From Desulfobacterales bacterium (GTDB taxonomy: Bacteria; Desulfobacterota; Desulfobacteria; Desulfobacterales; UBA5852): a DNA stretch of 64,000 nucleotides. Location: assembly GCA_963674755.2 (NCBI GenBank), contig CAXXVS010000002.1, forward strand, positions 1,696,001 through 1,760,000. The letters are read 5' to 3'. Below the pieces are notes generated by a model, which worked only from the letters and a program-made list of their open reading frames with translations, did no database searches and was not told the origin of the DNA. How positions within the stretch are numbered: position 1 is the stretch's first letter; every line of letters starts with the position of its first letter. The translations under genes and the position numbers were made by a program. This document shows positions 11,401 to 20,476 of the stretch, one piece after another.

Positions 11401-12579
11401 GTTCTTCAAGGAGGCTTCGAAGCGCGCGTTCAAGCCGGACAGCAGGCGATCGAGCGGCCCATCGAACAAAGCGGCCGTAGAAAGCGACAGGTCCTGGATG
11501 CGGCCGGTGTTGCCCTGACCGCGCCATTCGGCCCGGGGTACGGACAGACGGCCTTCGCCGGCCCGGGCCTGTAAAGACATCTGCTCCCAGGTGAAGGATT
11601 GCCAGCGGCCGGAACCGGCGTTTACCTCGACGGTTCCATTCAGGGTCTCCGGTTGGGCGTAGGGGATCATTAAATCAACGGCGACAGCGACTTTCCCGGA
11701 TAGATCCTGCGGGGGCATCGCCAGGATCTGCTGCACAAGCGCGAGGTTCATCTCCTGGCCATCGAGGTGCAGTTGCAGCGCGTCCTCGTCATGCCGTCCG
11801 CTGACGACCAGATGGCCTTTCCCGGACGGAATGCGGGCCTCGAAGGAAAGGCTCCGGGGCAGCTGCGCGAGGTCGGCCCACCCCTCGTCGACCAGCGCCG
11901 TGTTGTTCAGCTCGAGCCCATGGACCACCAACCGTCCCGAGGGCGCCAGCACAAGCCGGGCACGGGCCTTGACCTGGCCGTCCCGCAGGGGGGGCAGATG
12001 CCAGCGCCATTCCGCGATCTCGATCTGTACATCAGCAGCCGCCCCGCCGCTCCGGGCCGACGGGCCAAGCCGGATGCCGTCCCACCGGCTTCCGTAGCCG
12101 TCGCCCGCAATGTCCAGCCGGCCATCCGTGACGACAATCCCTGGCAGGACGGCCGGCCAGCGGCCGGGTGCTTCCGCTCCGCTTTCGGCCGGGCTTTCTG
12201 AAGAAGGGCGGGACAGGTCGATGGCGACGCGGGGGCGCTCGAGCGTCACCGTCATTCCGGATAGGAAGGCGTCGAAGCCCTGGAGGAGATCGATCAGGCG
12301 ATACTGCCCCCGAAGGGCGTCCATGCTCACCTTAAGCGGGGTATCGGCGCCAGGCAGGGTGCTGATCCGGATATCGTCGAATTCGAGGCCGCCCAGGAGC
12401 GAGCCGCGGATCGCGCCCAGTTCGAGCTGCAGATCCAGATCGTTACGCAAAGCTTCGATGGCGGCCTGTTTCAGGTGCGGATAAAGGAGAACGCCGCGCA
12501 GTAGATAAAGGCCCAGCAACAGTCCCCCCGCCAGGAGGAACAGGAATAGGGCCCAGCGCGCCGGATGCCGCAGATTCAC
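8479..12579 (-). CDS. tamB: translocation/assembly module TamB (DUF490) protein
   Basis: 1366 aa; N-terminal anchor; GSLLGGL motif; beta-taco-like repeats; C-terminal LSSSPPLP...LITGR; directly upstream of the Omp85 gene. Confidence 0.88.
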   Translation of the reverse strand: MNLRHPARWALFLFLLAGGLLLGLYLLRGVLLYPHLKQAAIEALRNDLDLQLELGAIRGSLLGGLEFDDIRISTLPGADTPLKVSMDALRGQYRLIDLLQGFDAFLSGMTVTLERPRVAIDLSRPSSESPAESGAEAPGRWPAVLPGIVVTDGRLDIAGDGYGSRWDGIRLGPSARSGGAAADVQIEIAEWRWHLPPLRDGQVKARARLVLAPSGRLVVHGLELNNTALVDEGWADLAQLPRSLSFEARIPSGKGHLVVSGRHDEDALQLHLDGQEMNLALVQQILAMPPQDLSGKVAVAVDLMIPYAQPETLNGTVEVNAGSGRWQSFTWEQMSLQARAGEGRLSVPRAEWRGQGNTGRIQDLSLSTAALFDGPLDRLLSGLNARFEASLKNIPALTALWNVDIQPTATSLPSHQLAVQGHVQAGLLRLTEGRLTCGDSQIDLKRLQVDLAALADQRKDADLEAEADLDVPALADFAALLPLPPLAGRLQGHLKLSGPLRAPRGTLALQGEDVYLGGIRLGQLVADGRIDGEWLRVPKVALRNGNDHITLSGRVNLASGQLADTRWTAQIQDMGAYANPLLPAAWPARGHVDLTATIAGTLALPDLQAAFTLTKAGLGDLTAAQIKGALQASPHQLTITRIDLKSVPGDLMLAGQMAFGQGDSPLTARLTRFSLQKDDAALNLAAPAQIVGQPDGGWQITPLVLAGSAGRIAISGRLGGTAPADLLVELDGIRAEPWLAVWDGPLRALEDADARLRLSGTGAAPRIDFAGSLRGMQIGQWPHALQGQFGLALDAGGLAVRRWTWTDDAGQQMSAEGRIPLVYRDGWQDSGAPLQLKAELVLGDLAILKDAVPDVPIAGGRLTAEIDLAGTLAAPTGTLQSVLHDLRLTPALDGQPQGPFEGEALVRLHGRSADLVELRIASARMSLQGTGHWRIDETAAPWSFRTGHWPGGAVAGAVDLDVPDLGWLAAMLPGVRRISGRLKGSLAIEGPWQAPTVKADLRLEEGGLQPEGDAPPLEALHADLAADGTQVVLRSGGGEIGGAPFQLTGALRKTDGGEWTTDFRFDGTNLLLYRSADIRVRADTALHLTGPVAKMALQGEVGLTNSRFKRNVDFFGFLKSAPPSAGTPSEVLFSLPDPPWKDMTFDVTIDSKTPFELTNNVAKGGLRPHLHLGGTGELPLLTGDVYLDPIRLRLPAGLMTLQSGVIRFLPSRANRPVMDLQGEGKVLNYDITALIEGSLDEPQVTLSSSPPLPGDELMLMLITGRPPADKNSTERRGVPMNLAVYIGQDLLLQWFGGGETESWTSLLDRFEVTVGRRVTRGGDETLEAQFRLGEDVLRDGDSIYITGERDVFDFYNAGVKFVFRFK

Positions 12580-12641
12580 CTTAGCGTCCCCTCACCCCAT
12601 GGCGCCGCCTGCCGAACCCTGCTGTGCCGCATCGCCATGAC

Positions 12642-13382
12642 TCAAAACCGAGCGATGACACTGGTGGGCAGCCATCGCAGCACCGGCCCCAGTAGACGCC
12701 AGGGCCAGACCGGCACCGGGGAGGATTTGACCCGTCGTTCAATCATGCCGGCGATCAGGGTCGCGCCCTTCTCGGCCGAAATCAGGAAAGGCCTGCTTTT
12801 CAGCATATCGTTAAGGGGGGTGTCGATGTAGCCGGGATACAAAACCGTCACCTGGATATTTTTATGGTAGACTTCCGCCCGCAGGGATTCCAGATAGATC
12901 GCGAATCCGGCTTTGGAGGCGCAATACGATCCGCTGCGGGGCATACCGCGGTTGGCCATCACCGAACTCGTGCCCACCACGTGGCCGTGCCCCTGTTCGA
13001 GAAAATAGGCTACGGCTGCATCCACCGTAGCCATGGCCCCCAGGAGGTTGGTCTCGATGGTGCGCCGGGCATCAGCGAAGCGTCCCCGCCCCACCTTGTC
13101 CCCTAACCCGATGCCGGCATTGGCGAAGACGATGTCCAGCCCGCCCAGGGCTTCGGCGCAGGCCCCTACGACCCCGGGAACCGTGTCAAAAGCGGTCACG
13201 TCCAGGGCATGCGCCACCACGAGGGTCGAAGGATGTTGGGCCAGGATCTCTTCCCGAACGGTTTCCAAGGCCTCGACGCGGCGGGCGGCAAGGGCCAGAG
13301 TATACCCCATTCCGGCCAGTTCAATCGCCAGCGCCCGCCCGATGCCGGACGAGGCCCCTGTGATCAGTATCTTCTTTGCCAT
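12642..13382 (-). CDS. short-chain dehydrogenase/reductase (SDR)
   Basis: ITGASSGIG, ANAG, catalytic YCASK, PGYIDT; RBS AGGAGAGG before ATG 13382. Confidence 0.93.
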   Translation of the reverse strand: MAKKILITGASSGIGRALAIELAGMGYTLALAARRVEALETVREEILAQHPSTLVVAHALDVTAFDTVPGVVGACAEALGGLDIVFANAGIGLGDKVGRGRFADARRTIETNLLGAMATVDAAVAYFLEQGHGHVVGTSSVMANRGMPRSGSYCASKAGFAIYLESLRAEVYHKNIQVTVLYPGYIDTPLNDMLKSRPFLISAEKGATLIAGMIERRVKSSPVPVWPWRLLGPVLRWLPTSVIARF

Positions 13383-13592
13383 ACGGTCACCTCTCCTGTG
13401 GGCACGATTCCCAATATTTCTGGTGGTCGAAAACAACCTCTACGCCGAATGCCGGTCCGCATCCGATACCACGACCGCCGCCCGCCCGTAAATACCAAGA
13501 CGTGCGGTTCCTGTAGCGCAACGGATTTTCAAGCCCGCCGGAGCCGGAAACGGTTATTGACCATCAGCCAGCATCACTGCAAACCCCATTTG

Positions 13593-14221
13593 GGGCGGTT
13601 GCGTAAAACGCCCAAAATCAAGGCGTGCAAGCTCGGAGAAGTGAGCGCACCCAGGTGCGCCGCAGCAACGAGAAGCGCCGCACAACGCCGATATTTGTCC
13701 GTCCCAGTGGAGCGGTCGTTTTTTGCAGTGGCATGTGTTGCCTATTTATTTCGTGCACAGGGAGGTTGTGTAAAACGCCCAAAATCAAGGCGTGCAAGCT
13801 CGGAGAAGTGAGGCGCACCCAGGTGCGCCGCAGCGACGAGAAGCGCCGCACAACGCCGATATTTGTCCATCCCAGTGGAGCGGTCGTTTTTTGCAGTGGC
13901 ATGTGTTGCCTATTTATTTCGTGCACAGGGAGGTTGTGTAAAACGCCCAAAATCAAGGCGTGCAAGCTCGGAGAAGTGAGGCGCACCCAGGTGCGCCGCA
14001 GCGACGAGGAGCGCCGCACAACGCCGATATTTGTCCGTCCCAGTGGAGCGGTCGTTTTTTGTAGTGGCATGTGTTGCCTATTTATTTCGTGCACAGGGAG
14101 GTTGTGTAAAACGCCCAAAATCAAGGCGTGCAAGCTCGGAGAAGTGAGGCGCACCCAGGTGCGCCGCAGCGACGAGGAGCGCCGCACAACGCCGAGTTTG
14201 GGCGTTTTACACAACCTCCCT
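13593..14221. repeat. tandem array of 168-bp units: three MITE-left-part plus constant-spacer units and one complete MITE
   Basis: Unit starts at 13593, 13760, 13928 and 14096 (periods 167/168/168). Units are near-identical. Confidence 0.95.
14095..14221. mobile_element. MITE (about 127 bp) with 25-bp perfect terminal inverted repeats
   Basis: AGGGAGGTTGTGTAAAACGCCCAAA (14095-14119) / TTTGGGCGTTTTACACAACCTCCCT (14197-14221); internal hairpin GGCGCACC-CA-GGTGCGCC; no transposase. Confidence 0.8.
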
Positions 14222-15521
14222 AGAACATGGTGTTGGGAAGGTATAGCGCAATCCCCGGAAACGCCACCAAAATCAGCAGACAGGCCAGCATGGCCAGCCA
14301 GAAGGGCCAGATGCCCCGGAAGATCGTCGCAAGGGGAACGTCCGGCGCAACCCCCTTCACCACGAAGACGTTGACCCCCACCGGCGGACTGATGAGCCCC
14401 ATTTCCAGCACGATCACCACGATGACCCCGAACCAGATGGGGCTGTAGCCCAGGGCCAGAATCACCGGGAAGACCACCGGCAGGGTCAGCACCAGCATGG
14501 CGATGCCTTCCAGAAAGGTGCCCAGCACGACGTAGGTGGCCAGAACGATGAGCAGGACCCCCAGGGAGCCCACATCCAGTCCCGTGAGAAAGCCCACCAG
14601 GTTGGATGGAATCTCCGAGAGTGCCATGAAGGGGATGAAGACATGCGCGCCGATCAGGATCATGAAGGTCAGGGCCGTGGTGCGCAGGGTGTGGAGGATG
14701 ACCGCCTTGAAGGCCGCGATGCTCAGGGAGCGCCGGGCCAGGGCCACGATCAAGGTCAGGAAGGCGCCGATGCCGGAGGCCTCCACCGGCGTCATCACGC
14801 CGCCGTAGATGCCGCCGATGGTCACCAGCACGATGGCGATGAAAACCCCCGCCCGGCGCAGGGTCTGCCAGCGTTCCCCCAGAGAGGCCCGGGGGCCGGC
14901 GGGACCGGCCTGGGGCCGCAGGCGGGTGACCACGGCGATGGCCAGCAGGAAGAGCGCGGTCAGCAGAAGGCCGGGCAGGATGCCGGCAATGAAAAGCTTG
15001 CCGATGGACTGCTCGGTCAGGATGGCATAGATGACGAAGCCCGACGAGGGGGGAATCAGGAATCCCAGGGTACCGCCGGCTGCCACACACCCGGTGGCCA
15101 AGCCGTCGTCGTAGTGGAAGCGCCGCATCTCGGGCAGAGCCACGCGTCCCATGGTGACGGCCGATGCAAAGGACGACCCACTCAGGGCGGCAAAGCCGGC
15201 ACAGCCGATGATAGTGGCGCCGGCCAGCCCTCCCCGGTGGTGGCCGGCCCAGGCGTAGGCCGCGTTGTAGAGATCCCGGCTCATGCCGGAAAGGCCGGCC
15301 AGGTTGCCCATCAGCACGAAAAGGGGGATTACGCTCAGTTCGATGTACGAGGCGATCTCAAAGGTTTCCGAGCCCAGGATGGTACAGGCCGCCGGAAAGC
15401 CGCTGATGGCGGCAATGCCGCCAAAACCGGCGATCAGCATGCCCATGGCGATGGGCACCCGGAAGATCAGCAATACGAAAAAGGCCGTCAGCCCCACAGC
15501 GCCGATCAGTTCAGGTGTCAT
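14220..15521 (-). CDS. dctM: TRAP transporter large permease
   Basis: IPLFVLMG, FAALSGSS, GTLGFLIPPS, GLISPPVG motifs; very hydrophobic. Confidence 0.95.
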   Translation of the reverse strand: MTPELIGAVGLTAFFVLLIFRVPIAMGMLIAGFGGIAAISGFPAACTILGSETFEIASYIELSVIPLFVLMGNLAGLSGMSRDLYNAAYAWAGHHRGGLAGATIIGCAGFAALSGSSFASAVTMGRVALPEMRRFHYDDGLATGCVAAGGTLGFLIPPSSGFVIYAILTEQSIGKLFIAGILPGLLLTALFLLAIAVVTRLRPQAGPAGPRASLGERWQTLRRAGVFIAIVLVTIGGIYGGVMTPVEASGIGAFLTLIVALARRSLSIAAFKAVILHTLRTTALTFMILIGAHVFIPFMALSEIPSNLVGFLTGLDVGSLGVLLIVLATYVVLGTFLEGIAMLVLTLPVVFPVILALGYSPIWFGVIVVIVLEMGLISPPVGVNVFVVKGVAPDVPLATIFRGIWPFWLAMLACLLILVAFPGIALYLPNTMF

Positions 15522-16051
15522 GACCGGACATCATCGGGAGGCTGGTCCAGATCCTGGATGCGGCCCCGCAGAATCAACAGCAATTCAACCACCAATACGG
15601 CGGCATAGAGCAGCATGCCCAAGGCCAGAAAACGGTAGAAAGGGCCATAGGGGATTCCGAGCGCCATCGAGGTTTCCCCGAAAGCGGCCGCATTGGCGCC
15701 GCTGATCCAGAGCTGGCGGGAGAGCACTGCCAGCATGGCCAGGCCGGCCAGGCGCGCCCCGGCTTCGGAGCAGGCGGCCAGGCGCGGTCCCATGCGGCGG
15801 CTGAAAAATTCGATCACCACCTGACCGCCCGTGCGGGCGCTATAGGCCACCGACAGGGCCACCATGACGAGCAGCATCAGCTTGGCCACGTCCCGGGCTC
15901 CGTAGAGCGGCGCATTGAACAGGTAGCGCAGGGTCACGTCCGCCACGGTAAGCCCCATCAACCCCAGGAGCATGGCGCCGCCCCCCCACAGGGCCACCTG
16001 CCGCACCACGAGGTCGACGCCGCCCATCAGCCGCACCGGCAAGGGCGGCAT
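15518..16051 (-). CDS. dctQ: TRAP transporter small permease
   Basis: Four TM segments; DVTLRYLFNAPL motif; lies between dctP and dctM with an ATGA overlap to dctM. Confidence 0.9.
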   Translation of the reverse strand: MPPLPVRLMGGVDLVVRQVALWGGGAMLLGLMGLTVADVTLRYLFNAPLYGARDVAKLMLLVMVALSVAYSARTGGQVVIEFFSRRMGPRLAACSEAGARLAGLAMLAVLSRQLWISGANAAAFGETSMALGIPYGPFYRFLALGMLLYAAVLVVELLLILRGRIQDLDQPPDDVRS

Positions 16052-16055
16052 CCCG

Positions 16056-17081
16056 TCAGCGTTTGAAGGCCTGGTAGATTTCCCGGGCATTGATCCCCTC
16101 GGCTTCCAGTTGATCCAGATGCTTGTCGATGGCCTTCTGGGCGGCCGCGGCGAAAGCCTCCCGTTCCTGGGAGGAGAGTTCGGTGTAGCCGAGGCTGCTA
16201 TCGGTCTTGGCCTTCTCCAGGGCGTCGATGTCCTTGCGGCTCCAGATGATGGCAGCCTTGATGCTGAAGTCCCGCCCGGTCAGCCGGTCCAGGGCCGCCT
16301 GCTGGTCGGGCGTAAGACCGGCCCAGCTGCCCTTGTTCATGACCAGGCAGACGATGGAGGTGGGGCTGGGCAGGTTCGTGGTGACGAATTGGGCCGGTTC
16401 GGCCAGGTTCCAGGGCTTGTAAAGGGCGTTGGGCTGGATCAAGACCGCATCCACCACCCCGGTATTGAGCGCATTGTAGGACTCGGTAATGGGCATGGCT
16501 ACCGGAACGGCGCCCCAGGATTGGATCAGATCGGACTCCACCGGCGAGCTGATGCGGATCTTCATGCCCTGCAGATCCGGCACGGTCTGCACGGGCCGCT
16601 CCCGGATCATCAGCACCGTGGGCGACATGACCCAGATGCCCAATACCTTGACCGCGTCGTACTCTTGGGCCAGGTAGGTGTCGTAGATCTCCCACAGCCG
16701 GCGGGTGCCCTGTTCGGCGCTCTGCGTCACCCCCGGCTGGGTGGCGATCAGGGAGCGGGGAAAAAGGGTCGCCGAATAACTCTGGATGCAGAAAGTGATG
16801 TCCGCCACCCCGGTGACGGCCCGTTTGTACTGCTGTACCGGGCCTTTGCCCAGGGCGCCGGAAGGGTAGATCTTGATGGTCAGCGCCCCGTCGGTGGCCG
16901 CCGCCAGGTCCTGGGCCAGGGGCAGGAAGACCTCCTGATGCAGGGTGTGCACCGTGGGCATGAAATGGGCCAGTTTGAGTTCCTTGGCGCCCGCGCCCGC
17001 CGGCCGGCCGGCCAGCAGGACGACCGCGGTCGTCAGCATTACCATGAATTCAGCCAGACATCTGATTCGGTTCTTCATCAT
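16056..17081 (-). CDS. dctP: TRAP transporter solute-binding protein
   Basis: Signal peptide; IYPSGALG, DLQGMKIR (carboxylate-binding Arg), YNALNTGVVDA. Confidence 0.93.
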   Translation of the reverse strand: MMKNRIRCLAEFMVMLTTAVVLLAGRPAGAGAKELKLAHFMPTVHTLHQEVFLPLAQDLAAATDGALTIKIYPSGALGKGPVQQYKRAVTGVADITFCIQSYSATLFPRSLIATQPGVTQSAEQGTRRLWEIYDTYLAQEYDAVKVLGIWVMSPTVLMIRERPVQTVPDLQGMKIRISSPVESDLIQSWGAVPVAMPITESYNALNTGVVDAVLIQPNALYKPWNLAEPAQFVTTNLPSPTSIVCLVMNKGSWAGLTPDQQAALDRLTGRDFSIKAAIIWSRKDIDALEKAKTDSSLGYTELSSQEREAFAAAAQKAIDKHLDQLEAEGINAREIYQAFKR

Positions 17082-18637
17082 AAGCCCTCTTCTTTTGTTG
17101 GAGTCGCAAAATCACAGTCTCCCTCGTCGATCATCGTTACCAGGTCGTGCAAATCATGGTCCAGACGACGGTCGAAGGCCAGAACCGGCGAGCGTCTGCG
17201 AACGGTTGCGAGCAGACGTCGCCCGCCTTCCGACAGAAGCGCCTCGTCCCGCAGGGCCGCGGCGTTGGACAGGGCGATCAGCTGGGTGGCCAAAACCTGT
17301 TGCAGCAGGCGAGTCGCTTCGGCGGCGTTGAGGGCCGCATTGAGCCCCATGCTCACCTTGTCCTGGTTGTTGACCTCGGTGGGGCGCGACAAAACCGTAT
17401 CCGGGGCTGCCCGCTGGACGGCCAGGGCCGTCAGGGCGCTGCAAGTCAGCTGCAAGGCCTTGAGGCCGCAGCCCTCGTAGGCCACCAGGGTTTCCGGCAG
17501 CCCCGCGTTGAGGCGGGAATCCACCAGCAGGGCATATTGCCGGTCGATCAGATCCGCCACCGAGGCGGCCGTGGTTTTGAGGAGGTCCATGGTGAGCGCC
17601 ACGTGCCCCCCGTAAAAATTGCCGGCGAAAATGGTGTCCTGCCCTTCGGGATCCACGAGGGGGTTGTCGTTGACGCTGTTGAGCTCCCGCTGGAGGACCT
17701 CACTCGTCCAGGTCAGGGCATCCCGGGCGGCGCCCAGCACCTGGGGCGCGCAACGCAGGGAATAGGGGTCCTGGATGATGCGCCCCGCCTCCTTGTGGCT
17801 GTCCATCAGGCGGCTGCCGTCCAGGGCCTGGCGGATGGCCGTCGCGGACGCGATCTGGCCCGGGTGGTGCTTGAGCCGGTGGGCCGTGGGATGGAAGGCC
17901 TGGGAGCGGCCGTAGAGCACCTCCGCCGCCAGGGCGCAGGCCCGTTCGCAGGCCTCCAGGGTGCGCCCGAACCGCTCGGCCGCCAGGATCCCGATGGCGG
18001 TCATCACGGCCGTGCCGTTCATGATGGCCAGGGACTCCTTGGGAACGAAGGTGTGCACCGGCAGACCGGCCTGCCCCAGGGCCTCGTCCGCCGGCATGAT
18101 CATGCCGTCATAATAGACTTCCCGCTCGCCGCACAGCACGGCGGCCAGGTAGGACAAAGGGGTCAGATCCCCCGAGGCACCCACCGATCCCAGGGACGGA
18201 ATGACCGGAATCAGATCGTGGTTGAGCAGGCCGCACAGGGCCTCCAGCAAAATAGGACGCACGGCGGAGTAACCTTTGGCCAGGCTCACCAGACGGGCGA
18301 ACACGATGGCGCGCCCCTCTTGGGCACTGAAAGGCGCCCCCACCCCGCAGCCGTGCTGACGGATGATCTGATAGGCGAATTCCTGGGAGTGCTCCGGCCC
18401 CACGGTACGGCCCGAGCTGTACCCCACGCTGGTGGAAACGCCGTAGATGCGCTCTCCGGCCGAAAGGGATCGCTCCAGAATCGCCCGGCCCCGGTTGAGC
18501 TTGGCCAGCCAGGCGGCATCGCTGGACAGGCGCACCGGGCGGGCGGACAGGGCGACGGCGGTCAACTGCGCAAGGGTGACCGTTTTATCGTCGATCGTCA
18601 GCTCTGATTGGGGTAAGCGATCGTTTTCTCCTGGCAT
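17078..18637 (-). CDS. MIO-dependent aromatic amino acid ammonia-lyase (HAL/PAL/TAL family)
   Basis: IYGVSTSVG, MIO triad GSVGASGDL, PKESLAIMNGT, QDPYSLRC, NSVNDNP, GNFYG, NQDKVSMG. Confidence 0.95.
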   Translation of the reverse strand: MPGENDRLPQSELTIDDKTVTLAQLTAVALSARPVRLSSDAAWLAKLNRGRAILERSLSAGERIYGVSTSVGYSSGRTVGPEHSQEFAYQIIRQHGCGVGAPFSAQEGRAIVFARLVSLAKGYSAVRPILLEALCGLLNHDLIPVIPSLGSVGASGDLTPLSYLAAVLCGEREVYYDGMIMPADEALGQAGLPVHTFVPKESLAIMNGTAVMTAIGILAAERFGRTLEACERACALAAEVLYGRSQAFHPTAHRLKHHPGQIASATAIRQALDGSRLMDSHKEAGRIIQDPYSLRCAPQVLGAARDALTWTSEVLQRELNSVNDNPLVDPEGQDTIFAGNFYGGHVALTMDLLKTTAASVADLIDRQYALLVDSRLNAGLPETLVAYEGCGLKALQLTCSALTALAVQRAAPDTVLSRPTEVNNQDKVSMGLNAALNAAEATRLLQQVLATQLIALSNAAALRDEALLSEGGRRLLATVRRRSPVLAFDRRLDHDLHDLVTMIDEGDCDFATPTKEEGL

Positions 18638-18922
18638 GGCTCGATCCCCTTTTTAAGCCTCTGGGCGGATATTGATTCGTTTAGCCATCGATCGCAGGAT
18701 TCGACTCTGCTTCTGGTGCCAAACATAGGCGCTGCGGAACCGGAAAATAAAGTTGCCGCGTTTGCTGCGCATCGCTCTCTGGATCACCCGGCGCCCGGAG
18801 AACGGCTTCTCCCTTCCGCCGGGGATCTCAGCATGCAAATAATCTTTCAGGATAGAAGACATCCAATCGTTGCCCTTTCGACACCCGCCCGGACACCGGG
18901 CAAACCCCGCCGGCCAAGTGCA

Positions 18923-20452
18923 TCACGTCGGCGGCGGCATCAAAGCCGCCTTCAGCTCATTTTTTAAAACCTTGCCCAATCGGTTGCGGGGAAGCGCCTG
19001 CGTCACGAAGCGGATCTTGCGGGGATGCTTGAAGGCCGCAATTTTATCATCCAGGAAGCGCAGCAATTCCTCCTCCTTGAGCGACCGGCTCTCCTCCAGG
19101 CGTATGAAGGCCGCCGCCACCTCCCCGCGTTTGGCATCCGGCAGGCCCACCACGGCGGCTTCCGCCACGTGGGGATGGGCTTCGATGGCGTGCTCCACCT
19201 CGGGGGCATAGATATTCTCTCCGGCACAAATAATCAATTCGCTTTTGCGGCCGGCCACATAGAGGAAGCCTTCCTCGTCGCGCCGGCCCAGGTCGCCGGT
19301 ATGGAACCAGCCGTCCTGCAAGACAGCCGCTGTGGCCTCGGGATTGTTCCAATAGCCCTGAAAAACGGTGGGGCTCTTGACGACAATCTCGCCGATCTCG
19401 CCGGGCGGCACCTCGCCGCCGTCGTCGCTGATCATTTTAAGCGTCGTATGAAAGACTTCCTTGCCGATGGACCCGGCCTTGCGGACGGCATCTTCCAGAT
19501 CCAGGGCCGTTATACGCAGGGTCTCGGTCATGCCGTAGCCCTGGGCGAACTTGACCCCCTTTTCCTCCTGATAGCGGTGGATCAGGGCCACCGGCATGGG
19601 GGCCCCCCCGGCAATGAAAAAGCGCACCGCCGAAAAGTCGGCCGACGGCCAGCGGGGGGCCTTGGTCATCATGTCATACATTACCGGCACGGCAAACATA
19701 TAGGTGATCGGCTCCTGCATGATGCAGGTGATGATGTCCGAAGGATTGTCGAAGCTTTTCAGCACCAACGAACCGCCCGCGTATATCACCGGGGTTGCCG
19801 ATGCCGCCAGGGCCCCGATATGGAAGAGGGGGGCCACGACCAGGGATTTGCAGGTCGCGTCCAATTGATAATTATGCAGGGAATGGATGGCGCCAAAAAG
19901 AAAATTGCCGTGGGTCAGGACAGCTCCCTTGGGGCGGCCGGTGGTGCCGGAGGTGTACATGATCATCAGGGGATCGGCGAGACCCGCCGCCTCACCCGTA
20001 GGAGGCTCCGCCGTCGGCTGGTCCCGGGTCAGCGCCTCCAGCGTCGGATCGCCGCTGCCGGCCGCGCCGTGGGCCAGGTAGTGCATCGGGATACCTGGAT
20101 CGGATTTAACCTTCTGGGCCTTGGCTTCCATATCCGCCGAATAGACCAACGCCCGCGGGCCCGCATCCCCGACGATATGGGCCAGTTCCTCCGCCGTCAG
20201 ATGGGTGTTGACCGGCACGATCAGGGCGCCGATCTTGGCACAGGCAAAAAAGACCTCCAGAAACGCGCTGGAGTTGGCCATCAGGACCACCACCCGTTCG
20301 CCTTTGGTCAGACCGAGGGCCAGCAGGCCATGGGCGGTTCGGTTGACCTGCGCGTTGAAATGCCGGTTGTTTAATTCCAGGTCCTCTTCCTTTAAAAAAA
20401 GGCGGTTTGGATAAAGCAGCGCACGTTTGGTGATCCACTCCCCGATATGCAT
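18923..20452 (-). CDS. acyl/aryl-CoA ligase (AMP-binding)
   Basis: MYTSGTTGRPKG, QGYGMTE, WFHTGDLG, GENIYAPEVE, LPRNRLGKVLK. Confidence 0.95.
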   Translation of the reverse strand: MHIGEWITKRALLYPNRLFLKEEDLELNNRHFNAQVNRTAHGLLALGLTKGERVVVLMANSSAFLEVFFACAKIGALIVPVNTHLTAEELAHIVGDAGPRALVYSADMEAKAQKVKSDPGIPMHYLAHGAAGSGDPTLEALTRDQPTAEPPTGEAAGLADPLMIMYTSGTTGRPKGAVLTHGNFLFGAIHSLHNYQLDATCKSLVVAPLFHIGALAASATPVIYAGGSLVLKSFDNPSDIITCIMQEPITYMFAVPVMYDMMTKAPRWPSADFSAVRFFIAGGAPMPVALIHRYQEEKGVKFAQGYGMTETLRITALDLEDAVRKAGSIGKEVFHTTLKMISDDGGEVPPGEIGEIVVKSPTVFQGYWNNPEATAAVLQDGWFHTGDLGRRDEEGFLYVAGRKSELIICAGENIYAPEVEHAIEAHPHVAEAAVVGLPDAKRGEVAAAFIRLEESRSLKEEELLRFLDDKIAAFKHPRKIRFVTQALPRNRLGKVLKNELKAALMPPPT

Positions 20453-20476
20453 GGCAACCTCCTTGCGGCCGGGCGT

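Noticed and set aside
13593..14221. CRISPR array
   Set aside because: The intervening sequences are identical rather than unique spacers, the units are 168 bp, and there are no cas genes.
13618..15090. Repeat-containing ORFs (490 aa minus, 249 aa plus)
   Set aside because: By-products of the 56-codon DNA repeat period; they overlap dctM out of frame or antisense and have no RBS.
18638..18922. Acyl carrier protein in this gap or in 22941-23286
   Set aside because: No acidic ~80-aa ORF with a DSL-type motif; the 69-aa ORF at 18653-18862 is basic and unsupported.
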